Assembly: GCF_018977255.1 (NCBI RefSeq)
Contig: NW_024704743.1
Coordinates: 42,720,001 to 42,784,000 of the forward strand
DNA length: 64,000 bases
Reading direction: 5' to 3'
Source of the DNA: Callorhinchus milii
Taxonomy: Eukaryota
The notes beneath the pieces are model-generated. The model was not told the DNA's origin and did no database searches. It was given only the letters and a program-made list of their open reading frames with translations. Every line of letters starts with the position of its first letter. Position 1 is the stretch's first letter. Both the position numbers and the translations under genes were made by a program. This document shows, piece by piece, positions 38,653-52,139 of this stretch.

Positions 38653-41600
38653 TAATATCCAGCCTGAGGTAATCTGTTACTCTTTTGTGAGGCTCACATT
38701 TTAAAAAGAAAGCATCACTACAATCCAGGCAGACATATGTGATGCAACACATTTTGACATTCAATTGCTGCAACATATTTATATATATATATTTATATAA
38801 TCAACAAAACAGATTTGCCAAACTCGTTTTGATGAAGTCTATGTTCTTTTAGTTGAAACATGGATGGTACCAAAACAAAATTGGCATGGTGTTTTTGCAA
38901 ACAGGCACATCAATACATGTTGATTTTTTTCCTTTCCCCACCTTGACAGCAAGGAAGCCAATTGTAGTACTATTATAATTGCTGCCCAGCTGACAGCAAG
39001 TAACTTGATACAAACCGGGGATCGAATCCAGGATCATCTTGGTTTGTATCCTCAGTCGCACACTGCCTTTGCCAAGTGAATGGTTGAGAAAGAAACGCTC
39101 TTTAATGTGAATATTCTTCAATTTTGGCATGAAGAATTTATCATAACTGGATGGATTACAGTAAGGCAGGGAACCCATCTGGCAAAATAATGTGTATTGG
39201 TGCGTGGTAAAAGTCTGCGCTCCAAGAACCAACTTAGCATATCAAAAGCATTACAATGCAAGTTCTTAAGCCTTCTATTGACTGATGCTTGCTTTTGTCC
39301 CGGTTCCCGATTAGTGATTATGACAAGTGCTCCAGTGTGTAATGCTGGAATGGAGGATCTCAAGCTGATTCAAAACACTCGGCCGCACCTCAATCGACTC
39401 TCTGTCTCTTGGTCTAGTATAAGACACTCCACAACATTCATTATAATCATATTTCCAGCTTATTCAGCGACTATCCTGCTTGCTTTAGCTCCATTCTGTT
39501 TCAGAATCTCCAGCCTCACATATTAGTGCACACCTCTCCTACAAGCTCTCTGGGGAGCAGTAAATCATTAAAATGCTTATTTATGTTATTTTTCGCAGCT
39601 AGCCCACAGAAGATTAACCTGTACATGTGTGTAATACTTCTACTAATCTCATTACTTCTGTGAAAAATCCATAAAAACAATTTTGTTTAAGGAAAATCAT
39701 GCAAAAGGATGAGTGTTCGGGGCACTCAACTCACACTGAGAGGATGATTGCTTATGTATTACCAGTAAGCTGGCAATAAGAAAGTCATTTAGATGCAAAA
39801 AAATATATAGTACATTTTAAAATACGTGATATGTTTTCCGTTTATACTGTAGTTTTAAACTGGAAAATTATGTTCAACTGTTGTGAAATTTATAATTGGT
39901 ATAATTATTTATACTTATAATTTGTAATATTATAGGAGTTTGGTGATGATGGGTTGCACAAGCAATTTATTAAGTAGTAACCTTAATAATTGGTATTACA
40001 AGCTAATGCCCCTGTAATGTATCTTTTCGTGCTTTGGCACCTCTTGATCTGAAGTAGTCCAACCAGCCTAATTAATGTTTGGTTTGGCCAAAAAGGCTGG
40101 AAGATTCATCATTCATGCTGGGACCTGCCCATTATCATGAGCCTCATCCCAAATGCAAACGTGAAATGCAGGAGTCATGAAGCTATCTTTAGCAATAGAG
40201 GAGGTACATGAGTTCTATTTCAGATCAGAGGAGACAGCGAGTAGAAGAATGTCAATAGATGAGGAAGAACACAGAGTGCAGCCACCAAAAGCAATAAATG
40301 ATAGTTGTTTGGACCTGCGAGAGATATGGAGAAACTACCTTCAAAGAGCTGAATGAAACCAGATTTTCGTTGCTCCATCAAAGAGCCTGGAGAAGATCAA
40401 GGTTTAGTGATTTAATCATTGCACTGATTGAAGGAATTGTATGTGCAACCGAGGGTATATAATTTTAAGCATGTTGATGAATGTAGAGTGGAATTATTAC
40501 CAAGAGTGGATATACTTGGATGATGTGTGAAGGAGTTTATTGATACGGAGCAGAAACAGAGGAGAAAGAACAAAGAAAGCCCTGTGGAACAACAACTTAT
40601 ATTTATATACCATCTTTTGCATAAAATAAATTTCTCAAAGCATTTTACAAAGTAAGATTAATTAGAAATGAAGTGAATGTTATTGTATACTCAAGTGGTC
40701 ATCTGTACCTAGCAACATCCCACAAACAGTGGGGTGATTAGCCAATTTATTTACATTTGGGTGAATTTGGATGAGAATATAAACCAAGATAATCGAGAGA
40801 AAATCTCTGCCTTTCTTTGAAAAAAAGCCAAAGAAGTTTGTTAACATGATCTCAGGGTAGCCAGGACCTAAATTAATCACCCATTAAATTTCTAATTATA
40901 ATCTGGAAGTAAATAATAACACTGAGTTAGTATAAAAAGAGTTCAAGAACAAAGAAGCTTGAGTGACTAAGTTTTATAGGAGCTTATTTAAATGCACTGA
41001 AAGCAGGTTATTCAAACCATTCCTGAGTAGATGTAGCTGTAGCAATCCATTTCTATGTAAAACTACAACAACATTAAAAACTTGCATTTATATAACACCC
41101 TTCACATAGGATAACGTCACAATGTCAAGGAAGGGGGCGAGGGGAAGGGGACCGTAGAGTGGTCAGCCCACAAGATTTTGTCTCGTGTCATGTCTCACCT
41201 TTTGCCTACCAAAAATTCCTGCTAGTTACTTTACTAGTAATTCACAATAGAAGGCATCACTTTTGACTGTTAGTGTATTAAAGCCATTAGGTGGTATTGG
41301 TCTCCAGATGAGGTGAACCTTGTTCTATTTCTTAATTTCAGACCATTTTTTAAATTATTGAAAGTGGGAATTGAATACTGTTAGACAGTAATGAGGCAGC
41401 ATGTCATTGAATAAGCGCTTAATTGAAGAGCTACCTAAGTAATACCACAATAATTGTTCACAGCACCATTATCTGGGGGAGTGAGAAAACATTCAAACAA
41501 AATATATATAGTGCTTCATTGAAACAAAATATATCTACTGTCATCAGCATAGGTTAAAATGAAACAATCACATTTTTCATTGGCGCTTTCTTTCCCAAAC

Positions 41601-43224
41601 ATGTTTCATCCTCTTCAATGCCTCTCATTGATTTACTGTTCCCATCAGTGGTGTTTAAGAGACAATTGCCTAGAGTAACCTCCCTATCTTTTTCACTCCT
41701 TCCCTGTGAGGCTACTTCCACCTAGACTATCATAAATGTCAACCCTATTGAAACGCTGCTTTTGGTGCAGAAGTTAGACCACCCCATATGTCTGTTTCTC
41801 CTCCCTCGACCCCTTTTAATCTTTTTCCTGCATTTTCCTCTTTGATTTTTGAAATTTCCTTTCATTTGTTTCTAATTGTAAATATAATGTGTCCTGGCCA
41901 ACACTCTCTCATCCAAAATTTACCCCCACCAAATTAAGATGAGATGGCTATTCATTTCTTCAATTCCTTCCAACTCATTCCCTCCTTTCCCTCATTAATG
42001 CTATGTCCCAGTTCGTACCTCAATGATTGCATTTCACTTCCCCGCTCCCTTTGGCTCCCACCCTTAGCTCAGGTGACCATCCAACATGGTTAAGTGCTTT
42101 GAGACTTCCTCCCTACTATGTAAATGTCAATTGTTTTTATTGTGTTGTTGCTGACATATTATTAGCTGCCTTTTTGCCTACAAGGTGTTTACTGCGCTTC
42201 AAAGTAACTTTTTCTGTTGAATGCTTTGAGACATTTCAACTTGATAAAGTGGTATATTAAATTCCAAATATATTTATCATCATTTATTATTCTTGACAGA
42301 GGGGGGTTTGTTTGCATAACTGGTAAAAGAAGGATTTCCATTTATTTCTCAAACTGCAGTGTAGACATTAAAACAACATTGTGAATGACTACTGACATCT
42401 TTATCCTATCTCAGACATTGTTCCTTCACAGAAGAATGCCTTGTAGTGCAATATTACGATTTTAAAGGAAAGATGTCTTTATTTGATTAATGAGTTGTAA
42501 AGCAATTCAGCTCAAAAAGAAGGTTAATGGCATGAACTGCCTTATTTCTATTTCAGTTTAAATTTGAAAAAGCATCTGTCTATCTCCCTGCCGACCTCAG
42601 CAAGACCCTGAGGTCCAGAGGCTGTAGTACTGGTCTGGCTGCTGTGTATTGTGTGAATGTTGTGAGTTTTCTGACAAGAATACACTCTTCCCCAGCATGC
42701 CAAGGTACAGCCAAAGAGGGTCGTATAAGTGAAGGAAGCAATTCACATCAAGGTGACCACATAGTCATTGGACATTTTCATCTTAACCATGCATGAAATG
42801 ATGAGCAATTAATCTTGTTCAGTGTTAATTGAACCTTTATGCAGTCAATTTTGCTGCGGCATTCAATGTCCCATGAATAATTATTGAAAATTTCTAAACC
42901 TGAACATTAGATTTGGGAAAATAAATTTGTAAAAAAAACACAAGCTCTCTTTTCATTCGCAATATCATTCAAATAAACTTTGATGTCAAAAATTTCCTTT
43001 TATTCCTATTATTTTGGTGCAAATATTATCCTTAGAGAGGTGCAATGTAGTTCATACACTGAAAGCCAACAATCACTTGGATTTTTTTTGTAAAATTGAT
43101 GGAATAGGCTAGCAAGACATGGACTGTGGTCCACTCTCACAGCATCTTTCTCACATCATTCACGATCTATGAACTGGCAAAATATCGGTTCTCATTTAAC
43201 CTACCAACTACAATGTTTTGAGGG

Positions 43225-44000
43225 AGAATCCTGCAAGACCAGAATAACAAGATGATGAGGGGCTCTGGTTGAAGAAGGCTCCTTTGGCTCAATCAAACTC
43301 TTCCAGAATACAAATCCTACTGTCCATTATAGCATCAAATTGTTTTTCCAACCTTCCTGATAATCCATTCCAATTGTTGAAAATGCCGTGTAAAGAAACA
43401 TTTCCTGTGTTCTACCCATAACTTTTCTTTCCAATCCCGAATCTGTGCTCTCTGATTCTACTGCCATGGTTAGGCTTCTCTTCCCAATCCCATTTAAAAT
43501 CTACATACTTATATAAGGTCCCTCCAATACATGTCTTGTCAAGGATGATCTAATAATTGCTCATCATAGCTCATTTCTCTATGACTGAGAACAACCTCAT
43601 AATTTTTCTCTGTACTGCCACTGGTGCAGTGACAGTAGAGGTACAGAGTACTCTAGGTGCAGTCTGAGCAAAGCACTCCATTGTTTGCATATGACTTATG
43701 GGGATCTGAACTCGACCTATTTGGCAAAATAGTCCAGCATCTTTTTTGCCTTGTTTATTGCTGCCTCGCACAATTTTGTCATGGTGAGCAATGAATCAAT
43801 TAACACCCCTGGATCTCTTTCAGCTTCTTTTTTGGTAAATTATATTCCATCCATGAAGTGCATGTACCTCCTATTTATATATATTATCTTGTTTTATCTT
43901 TACTGAACATCAAAGGATAGTCATCAGCCATTGTGCATCCCCTATCAAGCTTACTCTATCAAGCTCTCTTTGTAAAATCACTGCTGTCTCTTCTAAATTG
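43225..44000 (-). mobile_element. Old CR1 LINE 3' region
   Basis: Reverse-complement CR1 tail and coding remnants (GTACAGAGTACTCTAGGTGCAGTCTG corresponds to an RxHLEYxVx-type motif). Confidence 0.6.
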
Positions 44001-44949
44001 ATCAGGAGCAAATTATCTGTTAGGTATTTTGTTTTAATGGGACTTCCCATTTTTTATATTTATATATTCAGCATTCTAGTGTAAAATGATCCCTATTATC
44101 TAAAGTTGCCACATAATGGGGTGTCTCATGTCAATGGTAATATTCTAATAGTGTTACTGTTGCCTTGAGATTGTGACTTCACTAGAGGGAGCAGACTTCA
44201 TGTCTTGGTGTCACTCAATTATCAGGAAAGGAAAAAGAGATCAGAGGCTGGAATGAAGGTTGAACCCAACCAAACAGCTTTTGCAATGTTTCTTTGTGGA
44301 AATGCCAGCTGTGTAAATTGACTCAATTATCTTATGTGTTTTTTTTATTAAGAGATACTAGTGTCGCCAGGACGTTTTATTAGGAGAGAAAAGGAATTAA
44401 GTTTAAATTAAATATCCTTTTTGAGGAGCTTTTCTATTTCTGTTGTTCAATATTCCTGTTTAAGTGATAAATGCTAACAACCTCATCAGGGAACCATTGA
44501 GTTCCACACTGTGAGGGAAATAAATTAACCTGCACTGTTAAAATTACCCCTTTCTCTGGAGCATGCTTGGTTAATGACTGTATCTGTGTTGATGGTAAAT
44601 ATTCAGCTCCCTTTGCACGGATGAGCTCAGAAACTCCTCACAGTCAGTTTCCCCGTTGATCTCATTATCTGTGCAAAAAATAAGTCATCAAAAAAATTAA
44701 TCGAAATAATCACACAAAAGCAAGAACGTTAATCTTCATTCTTTGTAAATATTCAAAAACCTTTTTTATCAGCACTCAACATTGATAGCGTTCCATGGGA
44801 GCATTTACAAATTGGATAACATTTGTCGCCAAATAATGCAAGTGATATTGCAGCATATTATTGTAAAAGGCTAAGCGTTTAAATTCAAATACAGTATTAA
44901 GGCCACACAATCTTTCTTTTGTTTGCCAATAACTCATAAAACAGCATTG

Positions 44950-45420
44950 GGTCACCAGGGATCAGCTGCACACTGCCAGGAAACCACAGTAAATATGCCT
45001 CCATTAAACTACCAGGGATTAATGATATGTATTGCCATTATACTAACAGGGACTGCAGGTGTATCTCCCAATTACTCTATCAGGTATCAGGCATAAACTG
45101 TCATGAGATTACATGAACCTGAAAATATATGTCTCTATTAAATAAACCAGGGATTAGATGTGCATTGTCATTACATCTCGTGGACCATTGGACTGAATCT
45201 GCATGACACTATCCAAAATCAGATGCACACTGGCATCAGGACCCCCACCCCCACCCCACTTACTGGTGTACACTAACTCCCAATCACACCATTGTGAATC
45301 AAATGAACACTGGCATTAGACTATTGGCGACAATCTGTCTCGCCACGCCAGGAATCAGATATATACTCCCGATGGAACACCAAGATCTAAGAGTGTGTCT
45401 GCCTCTCCATTGAACTGCAG
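44950..45420. repeat. Degenerate ~33-bp minisatellite
   Basis: Recurrent units such as CCATTAAACTACCAGGGATTAATG, CCATTATACTAACAGGGACTG and CTATTAAATAAACCAGGGATTAGATG. Confidence 0.55.
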
Positions 45421-45655
45421 GTTTCCATTTGGCAGACTTGCTTTATCTGAGAAAGTTACAAATGAATTGTACCATGTGCACGTGTGTCCTACTGATGCAC
45501 TCCTGACTTGTTATGTTTGCTTGCATGGATATTCTGAACTTCGGAGCAAGTAGTGGTTGCAATGTTGTAGAATAGCATTGGATAATAGAGTAGTAGATAA
45601 AGGTAAATGCACAGGATAGCAATTGTATGGCAGCAAGTGGATCAGCAGGAATTAA

Positions 45656-45970
45656 GTGGAGTCCTGTAGTTCAGTGGTTAGAGCACTCATCTCGCAAACG
45701 AGAGACCTGGGTTCGATTCCCAGCAAGGCGAAACTTTGGGCAAGTTTCAATCCTTCACACTCCTCTGTTTACCTAGCAGTAAGTAGGAACATGGTTGTTA
45801 GTCGATTGGTGGATTGCTTTTCCAGGGGTAATAATTCCTTCAAAAAAAATTGGTCACTGAATCCACGATTGTTTGTGAGACACTGCTGTGTGAAATTGGT
45901 TGCCGCATTTTCCCCACAAAATATGCAGTCAATTCACTTTACAGTATATTTTGTGAAGCGCTTTGAGACA
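45656..45970 (+). mobile_element. tRNA-derived SINE, older long subfamily
   Basis: GTGGAGTCCTGTAGTTCAGTGGTTAGAGC...GGTTCGATTCC head, then TTGGGCAAG...CCTCTGTTTACCTAGCAGTAAGTAGGAAC central domain. Confidence 0.9.
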
Positions 45971-47714
45971 CATGTATACAGGACACAAATGTAACAATAA
46001 AAAGCAAACCTTCTTTATGCATAAGCACATACCATGCTACCCATTGAAAAAGAAACAAACGGAAGAAAATTGACCGTATTACTACAAATTTACAGTTTGC
46101 TATCCAAATCACCAATTTACAGTTTTGTTTCAATTCTGAGCTGTACTTCAGATGATATCGTTAACCAAAGCAACAAGAATCCAAAGATGCACTTGGCTGC
46201 AAAGTGATTCATTCAGTTCCAATCCTGCAACCAATTGACATTATCTAAGAGTTCAAATTGAAGCCAAATCATTCTACTTAGTTGCTCCTAAAACTTGTTC
46301 CTAATTTCCACACGAAGCTCCCAGCTCAGCCGGTTCTCTTGACTGAATGTGTTTGACAGGTTCAGTACAGAGAGGCTTCACAGATGCTTTCTTGCAGACA
46401 GAAATCAGGATTGTTCCTGTCTTCCTGCACTGCTGGTAGCCTCTCTGAAAACAGGAGAAATATTCTTTCCCCTCTCAATAATGATGGTACAAGCTCTCCA
46501 GGTGCAAAAACAAACATTGATATTAGACCCTCACACAGCAGGACACAGTGGAGAAAAAGCTTATACATACCAGGCTTCTAAAAACATCACTAGCTGAGAG
46601 AAAAGAGTGCTTCCTGTTGTGCCAAAAGAAACACATCTTTATGGAATAAAAACAGGCCTGCCCATGGGAGCCAGCAGATTCAATCTTGCTAAGATAATAC
46701 AGCTCTGTGGAATGATAAAGCCTAAATATTAATAAAGAATACAGAATATGTACTAGAAAGAAGTGCAAGCAACGTTAGTATATTAAAAGTAAAAGATCAA
46801 TGCACAAGATCCAAGTTTTGATTTTATGATATTTGGTGAAATGCTTCAATGTTGTGCTGCAGGCAGATTGGGGAATTAGATAAAAAGTCTATAGTCTCCT
46901 TTACAATGATATGGAAAGCTACAGTTAGAAATAACAGATCACAGAACCCGTTGCAATAGGGCTCAAAATTCTAGGATTCTCAAATCAGAAAATTACCTCT
47001 TGTTTTTAAGAACATTTTTAAAGTATAAAAGAAAATGTGTTTACACAGAATTGAATGGGAGAGATTGAGGTTGAATGGTTCTTTTAATAATAATAATCTT
47101 TGCATTTTATACAATAACTTATTGTTGTATAAAATGCAAAACTAGTTACTAATTGAGCCAGGCTGACCCTAATCATGTACTAGGCAAACACAGCCACAAA
47201 TTTGTGCACAGTAATGCCCCATTAATAGCCATGAAGTGAATGATTAATTTTATCTGAAGGATTGTTGGACAGGGTACCTAGAGAAACCCCCTTCTCTTTT
47301 CAAGTTGTGATCATAGGATCTTTAACATCCATCTGAACAGACAGGATCTTGGTTTAACATCTTATTCGAATGATGACACCTCCAACAATGCAGCATACCC
47401 CCAGTGCTGCACAGACTGTCAACCTAGCCTAGACGTGGAATCCTGTAGCTCAGTGGCAGTGCAAAACCTTGGGAACGTTTCCTTATTCCACATGTCCAAT
47501 AATAATCCCTCAAGAAAAAAAACAATAATAAATTGGTCACTTCAATCCACGACTGTTTGTGGGACACTGCTGTGCTCAATTGGCTGCCCTGTTTCACCCA
47601 CAAATTTACAGTCAATTCACTTTACAGTATTAAGGTGCCTCTCAACAAGTGCAATTGCTCAACCTCAAAAGCACTCCCAACCAGTAGAGAGATATCCAGA
47701 ATGTGTGTTCTTAA

Positions 47715-48323
47715 TCATATGCCTGGAGGATCATAAACTCAGTAAAGGAGGCCCTTTGGCATTCCTGAAACCAGGTGTTCTTCTGGCAGACCAAAGGGAT
47801 GGTGAGGACCTGCCTCAGGCTCACACACACTACGATCAGGGAATAGATACTGAGGGATAAGCTGGAGTTCAGCTCAACGACAGCAAAGGCCAGATGGGGC
47901 CTGACCCCGGCAGGAGCTGCTCCGGCATAACCCGCTCAGGGAGCACCCACCAGGTAGCCCACGAGGCACCAAAAACTGACTGAATGTAACCAAAGAGCGT
48001 CCCAAAATGTATGTACGGTAAACATGTGCATGTATGGTACACAACGGGTGCCTTCCCAAAGCGGCAAGTGCGCCTTATCAGGGTGTGTGTGGGCACGCAC
48101 ATGGATGTGGTGTACATGAGGGCGACTCCCGACTGTGTTAAAGGGAACATCCAAAAAAGCGTGTGCACAACCTATGTGCGGGGAAGGGATGCACCGTAAA
48201 CAACGGAATGTATTTTGTATCAGGAGAAAAGGAAAAAATTGTAACAGAAGATGTTGTGTTTGTTTTGGATTTCTGTTGTACTGCATATTATATTTATAAA
48301 TAAATATATATTTTTTTTAAAAA
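47715..48323 (+). mobile_element. Tx1-group (L1 clade) non-LTR retrotransposon, ORF2 C-terminus + 3' UTR
   Basis: AWRIINSVKEALWHS*NQV and LRDKLEFSSTTAKARWG match Tx1 ORF2 ends; terminates in AATAAATATATATTTTTTTTAAAAA. Confidence 0.78.
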
Positions 48324-49174
48324 GCTGAATGTTACTCACTAATAGCAAGTCTGAGTTGCCAATAAGGAATCCTGACCATAGCTGTCAATACTTCACAATC
48401 TACAGATGGGATCCTTGCTCTGGAAATACATCACAGTATTCCTGTAAGTTGATCATATGTCCTACTGGTTATTGGCAGGATTTCCTGTTAACGACTCAGA
48501 GTCACTATTAGCGAATCCTGTTGCTAACTGCTGCATCTTCAACCCTATTACAGTATTTTAACTCAAATATCTTGCCAGACAGTATGATAAGATGCACCAT
48601 AGTTCACTTGAGTGGCTTTTTTCACTTTGCTCCTACTGCCAGAATCAACACAAATGAGTCAGAAAATAAGAATACCATAGATCAGATTTTCCTAAGTACT
48701 AGATATCTGTCACTTGACAAAATGGCCAAATTGTTAATTCTAAAGGGTTTTTACATTGATATAAACCCACCCAGAAACATATCAATGGAAATATGGTCAC
48801 AAGTACACACAAATTAGATTTTCCATATTATCTATCCTTACGATTTATCTCGAGTGAAATTATTAAATCACTTCTGAGATTTGCAAGCTTGTGTTGTGTT
48901 ATGCTCTGCATCCAGTGGGGAGTCAACTAATCTATTTTGATTTGGATCCTCCACTGTGATCAAAACACAAAATTGATTGTCTGGGCTGAATTTGGAGCAT
49001 GGTTACAGAAATGATCTACATTTACCAAACTACAACTGGTGGGTTTTTCTCAATTTATAAAGGGTGATAGCTACTACTGAAATCTAAGTGTCCGTCATCT
49101 GACAATCTTTGAACAATTGCTGGAGGGAAGAGAAGCTTGTCTCAACTTAGCAATCAATATGTTTCTTTACAAAT

Positions 49175-50017
49175 TTCCTACAGTTCAATGTGAACAAGAC
49201 TGAGGCCCTCCTGATTGGTTCGCGCCAGCGCCTCAGCACCTCAGGCTCTGGCAACATCAACCTCCATGGTTGCACTTCAACTCACCAGCCAGTCAGGAAC
49301 CGAGGTGTCTTGTTTGACCCTTAACTGTCTTTTCTTCCCCACATCCAAGCCATGACCCGCTCTGCCTTCCCTCACCTCCGTAACATTGCCCGACTCCGCC
49401 ACTACCTCACCCCTCAGGCCCTGAAACTCTTATTCCTGCCTTCATCACCTCCAGGCTCAACTATGCAAATGCTCTGCTTGTCGGCCTTCCCAACTCCTCC
49501 CTCCACAGGCTGCAGATAATCCAGAACTCTGCCACCCGTGTCCTCTCCCGCACCAAACTCCGTGACCCCATCTCCCCCATTCTCGCCCCACTCCATTGGC
49601 TCCCTATGCTTCAGAGGATCCAGTTCAAGATCCTGGTCCTCACCTACAAAGCCCTCCATGGTCAAGCCCCACCCTACCTCTGCGACCTCCTAATCCCCTA
49701 CCAGCCCGCCCGATCCCTCTGCTCAGCCGGCTCTGGCCTGCTCCACGGCCCCCAACCCACCCGCCTCATCATTGGTGGGAGAGCTTGAGTCACTTTGCCC
49801 CCAACCTCTGGAACTCCATCCGCTTTGCCCTCTCCTTAGCCTCCTTCAAGTCCTGCCTCAAGACCCTCCTCTTCGACCATGCCACACCCTCTCCCCTCTC
49901 CCCCTTCTCCCTCCCTGACCCCAGACCTCAGGTCTGAAATACTGTACACTGTCCAGCGCCTTGGGACGTCCTCCCGACTTGAAAGGCGCTATACAAATGT
50001 AATCTTGTTGTTGTTGC
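49175..50017 (+). mobile_element. L2 LINE 3' part
   Basis: [16 protein letters not shown] and QRIQFKILVLTYKALHG motifs; tail AGCGCCTTGGGACGTCCTCCCGACTTGAAAGGCGCT...(TTG)n. Confidence 0.93.
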
Positions 50018-50135
50018 TTATGTGTGATCCGTCAGGTTGTTTGTTAATTTCTTTCTTTCAGCCAGTACCACATGGGTGTTTCTTTGTCCTCAACTTGTTA
50101 ATGATCTATGTGTAGGGCAGAGGAGGCTGGTCAAG

Positions 50136-50465
50136 ATAATAGTAATAATAATAATAATCCTTGCATTTGATATAGCGCTTTTCATGTCGGGAGGACGTCC
50201 CAAAGCACTTCACAGAACACACTGTAAAGTGAATTGACTGTATATTTGTGGGCGAACACGGCAGCCAATTGCGCACAGCAATGTCCCACAAACAGTCGTA
50301 GATTGAAAATGACCAATTTATTATTGTTTTGGGTTTTTGGAGGGATTATTATTAGGCTCTGTGTGGAGTAAGGAAACTTGCCCAAGGCTTCGCCCTGTCT
50401 GGAATTGAACTCAGGTCTCTCGCTTGCAAAGCGAGTGCTCTAACCACTGAGCTACAGGACTCCAC
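50136..50465 (-). mobile_element. tRNA-derived SINE, young subfamily, full length
   Basis: Complete head-to-(TAA)n copy, near-identical to 56125-56449. Confidence 0.95.
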
Positions 50466-50531
50466 AGATGTGATGTGATAATTGACACAGCACATGTTTG
50501 TCCTTCTATAGTCAACAGTTAGTGCAGAATT

Positions 50532-50622
50532 CAACAAATGGTATCCTGAAGGCCACTCTAAGATCAACTTGCATTCCCCTCTGACGAACTAAGATTCTGG
50601 ATGCCTAGGGCTCCAAGTGCTT
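50532..50622 (+). repeat. 91-bp direct repeat, copy 1 (copy 2 at 52048-52138)
   Basis: CAACAAATGGTATCCTGAAGGCCACTCTAAG...GGGCTCCAAGTGCTT; 3 mismatches between copies. Confidence 0.92.
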
Positions 50623-52047
50623 TCTTTTCAACAAGCAATACAGTACTCTGCAGTTAACCTGATTGACAGAGCCAATCTGTGTTCTCAAACTTCATTCAAG
50701 TTGCCCACCCTTCACCAATAACAATCTAGGGCACTCCTACTGTTTAAGCAACCAGATTTAGCAAAGAAAGACCTAAATATTGCATAAAATAGGCACAAGC
50801 CTAGTAAAAACTTGAAAAGTTTTTTTCATAGTCAAATAGAAAAGAGATTATCACTGTATAAGCCAGAACTCAGTGTTTTGTTATAAATCATACCGTCTCC
50901 GCTGACTATCTTTGTTTCCACAGGAGCCCTTTTATTGTTGAATAAACATGCCAGGATCCTGTGCTCTAACCCGTCATCTTTTCAAAGTAGCCAAATGGAG
51001 ATGAGAATTCCCACTGAGGGTGCTGCAATGGAAATTCCTGAAAAGTATTTGTGGGAAAAGCTTAAAACAAACAAAAAGCACCAAATGCAATAACTGCAGG
51101 ATGTCTGTGTATTCACAGTGAGGGACTTCACTATTATTTTCTTGTTTTCTTTGTACACATATATTCTGCATCTGTTAAAAGAGCGTATACTTTATATTTT
51201 TTAAACAATTTAATTTAGAAACTTATAATAATAATCTTTACATTTGATATAGCACCTTATCGTCTCATTGAGACATTTTCAAAGCTCTTCGCAGAATATA
51301 ATATGGAGCTATATTTATTTTGTGTACAAATGCAGCAGCCAATTTACGCACAACAGTGCCTCACAAACAGCTATTATACATTTATGGAGGTAATACTTTG
51401 CATATTGGTAAATTCACTAACCTTAGTCGTGCATGTGTTTATAATTGCAAAGTCCACTACATTTGAGAAATTTACTGCAAATATCTTTTATATATCAGAG
51501 GATCTTACCTCCAGAATGCTTATTTAAAACAAGGAATGTTTTGAAACTTCTGTAAATTTTGCCTCTCAGTCATTTGTGAGAGGAGAAACTGACTTTTACA
51601 TTCATTCCCCTTTAATTCATCCTTCCTGCAATGTTGTGCTCCAATATTTCTCCACACTATGATTGATGATACAAACATCACCACTCAAGAGATATTTTAG
51701 CAAATCAGTGGAAATAAACAAAATTATTTTAAAATGAATGATTCATCTTTGTAATTGCTTGGAGTTTGGAAAAAAAGTGTTTGGTGAAACTTTGCTCCTT
51801 AATTTCATTCACAATGTGTCTAAATGTTGACTCCTTTTGACACCCAAACACAAACCAATGTTTGGTACACCATAATTAGCTCATTGTTTCCTCGTCTTGG
51901 CCCCAGAGTAAGCTATTTTGCAATCTCTTTTGCACATTGCCATCTGGCACGAAATTGGCATTTTATCTGGATTCTAGGGCAATGCAGCATTTCATTATTT
52001 AAATGATGCTGTGCCATTCGCTCACTTCCCAATATTTGCAACGTACG

Positions 52048-52138
52048 CAACAAATAGTATCCTGAAGGCCACTCTAAGATCAACTTGCATTCCCCTCTGA
52101 CGAACTAACATTCTGGATACCTAGGGCTCCAAGTGCTT
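52048..52138 (+). repeat. 91-bp direct repeat, copy 2
   Basis: Matches 50532-50622 at 88 of 91 positions. Confidence 0.92.
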
Positions 52139-52139
52139 C

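Noticed and set aside
50532..52138. TRIM/LTR element bounded by the 91-bp repeats
   Set aside because: No TG...CA termini, primer-binding site, polypurine tract or flanking TSD seen; reported as a duplication instead.
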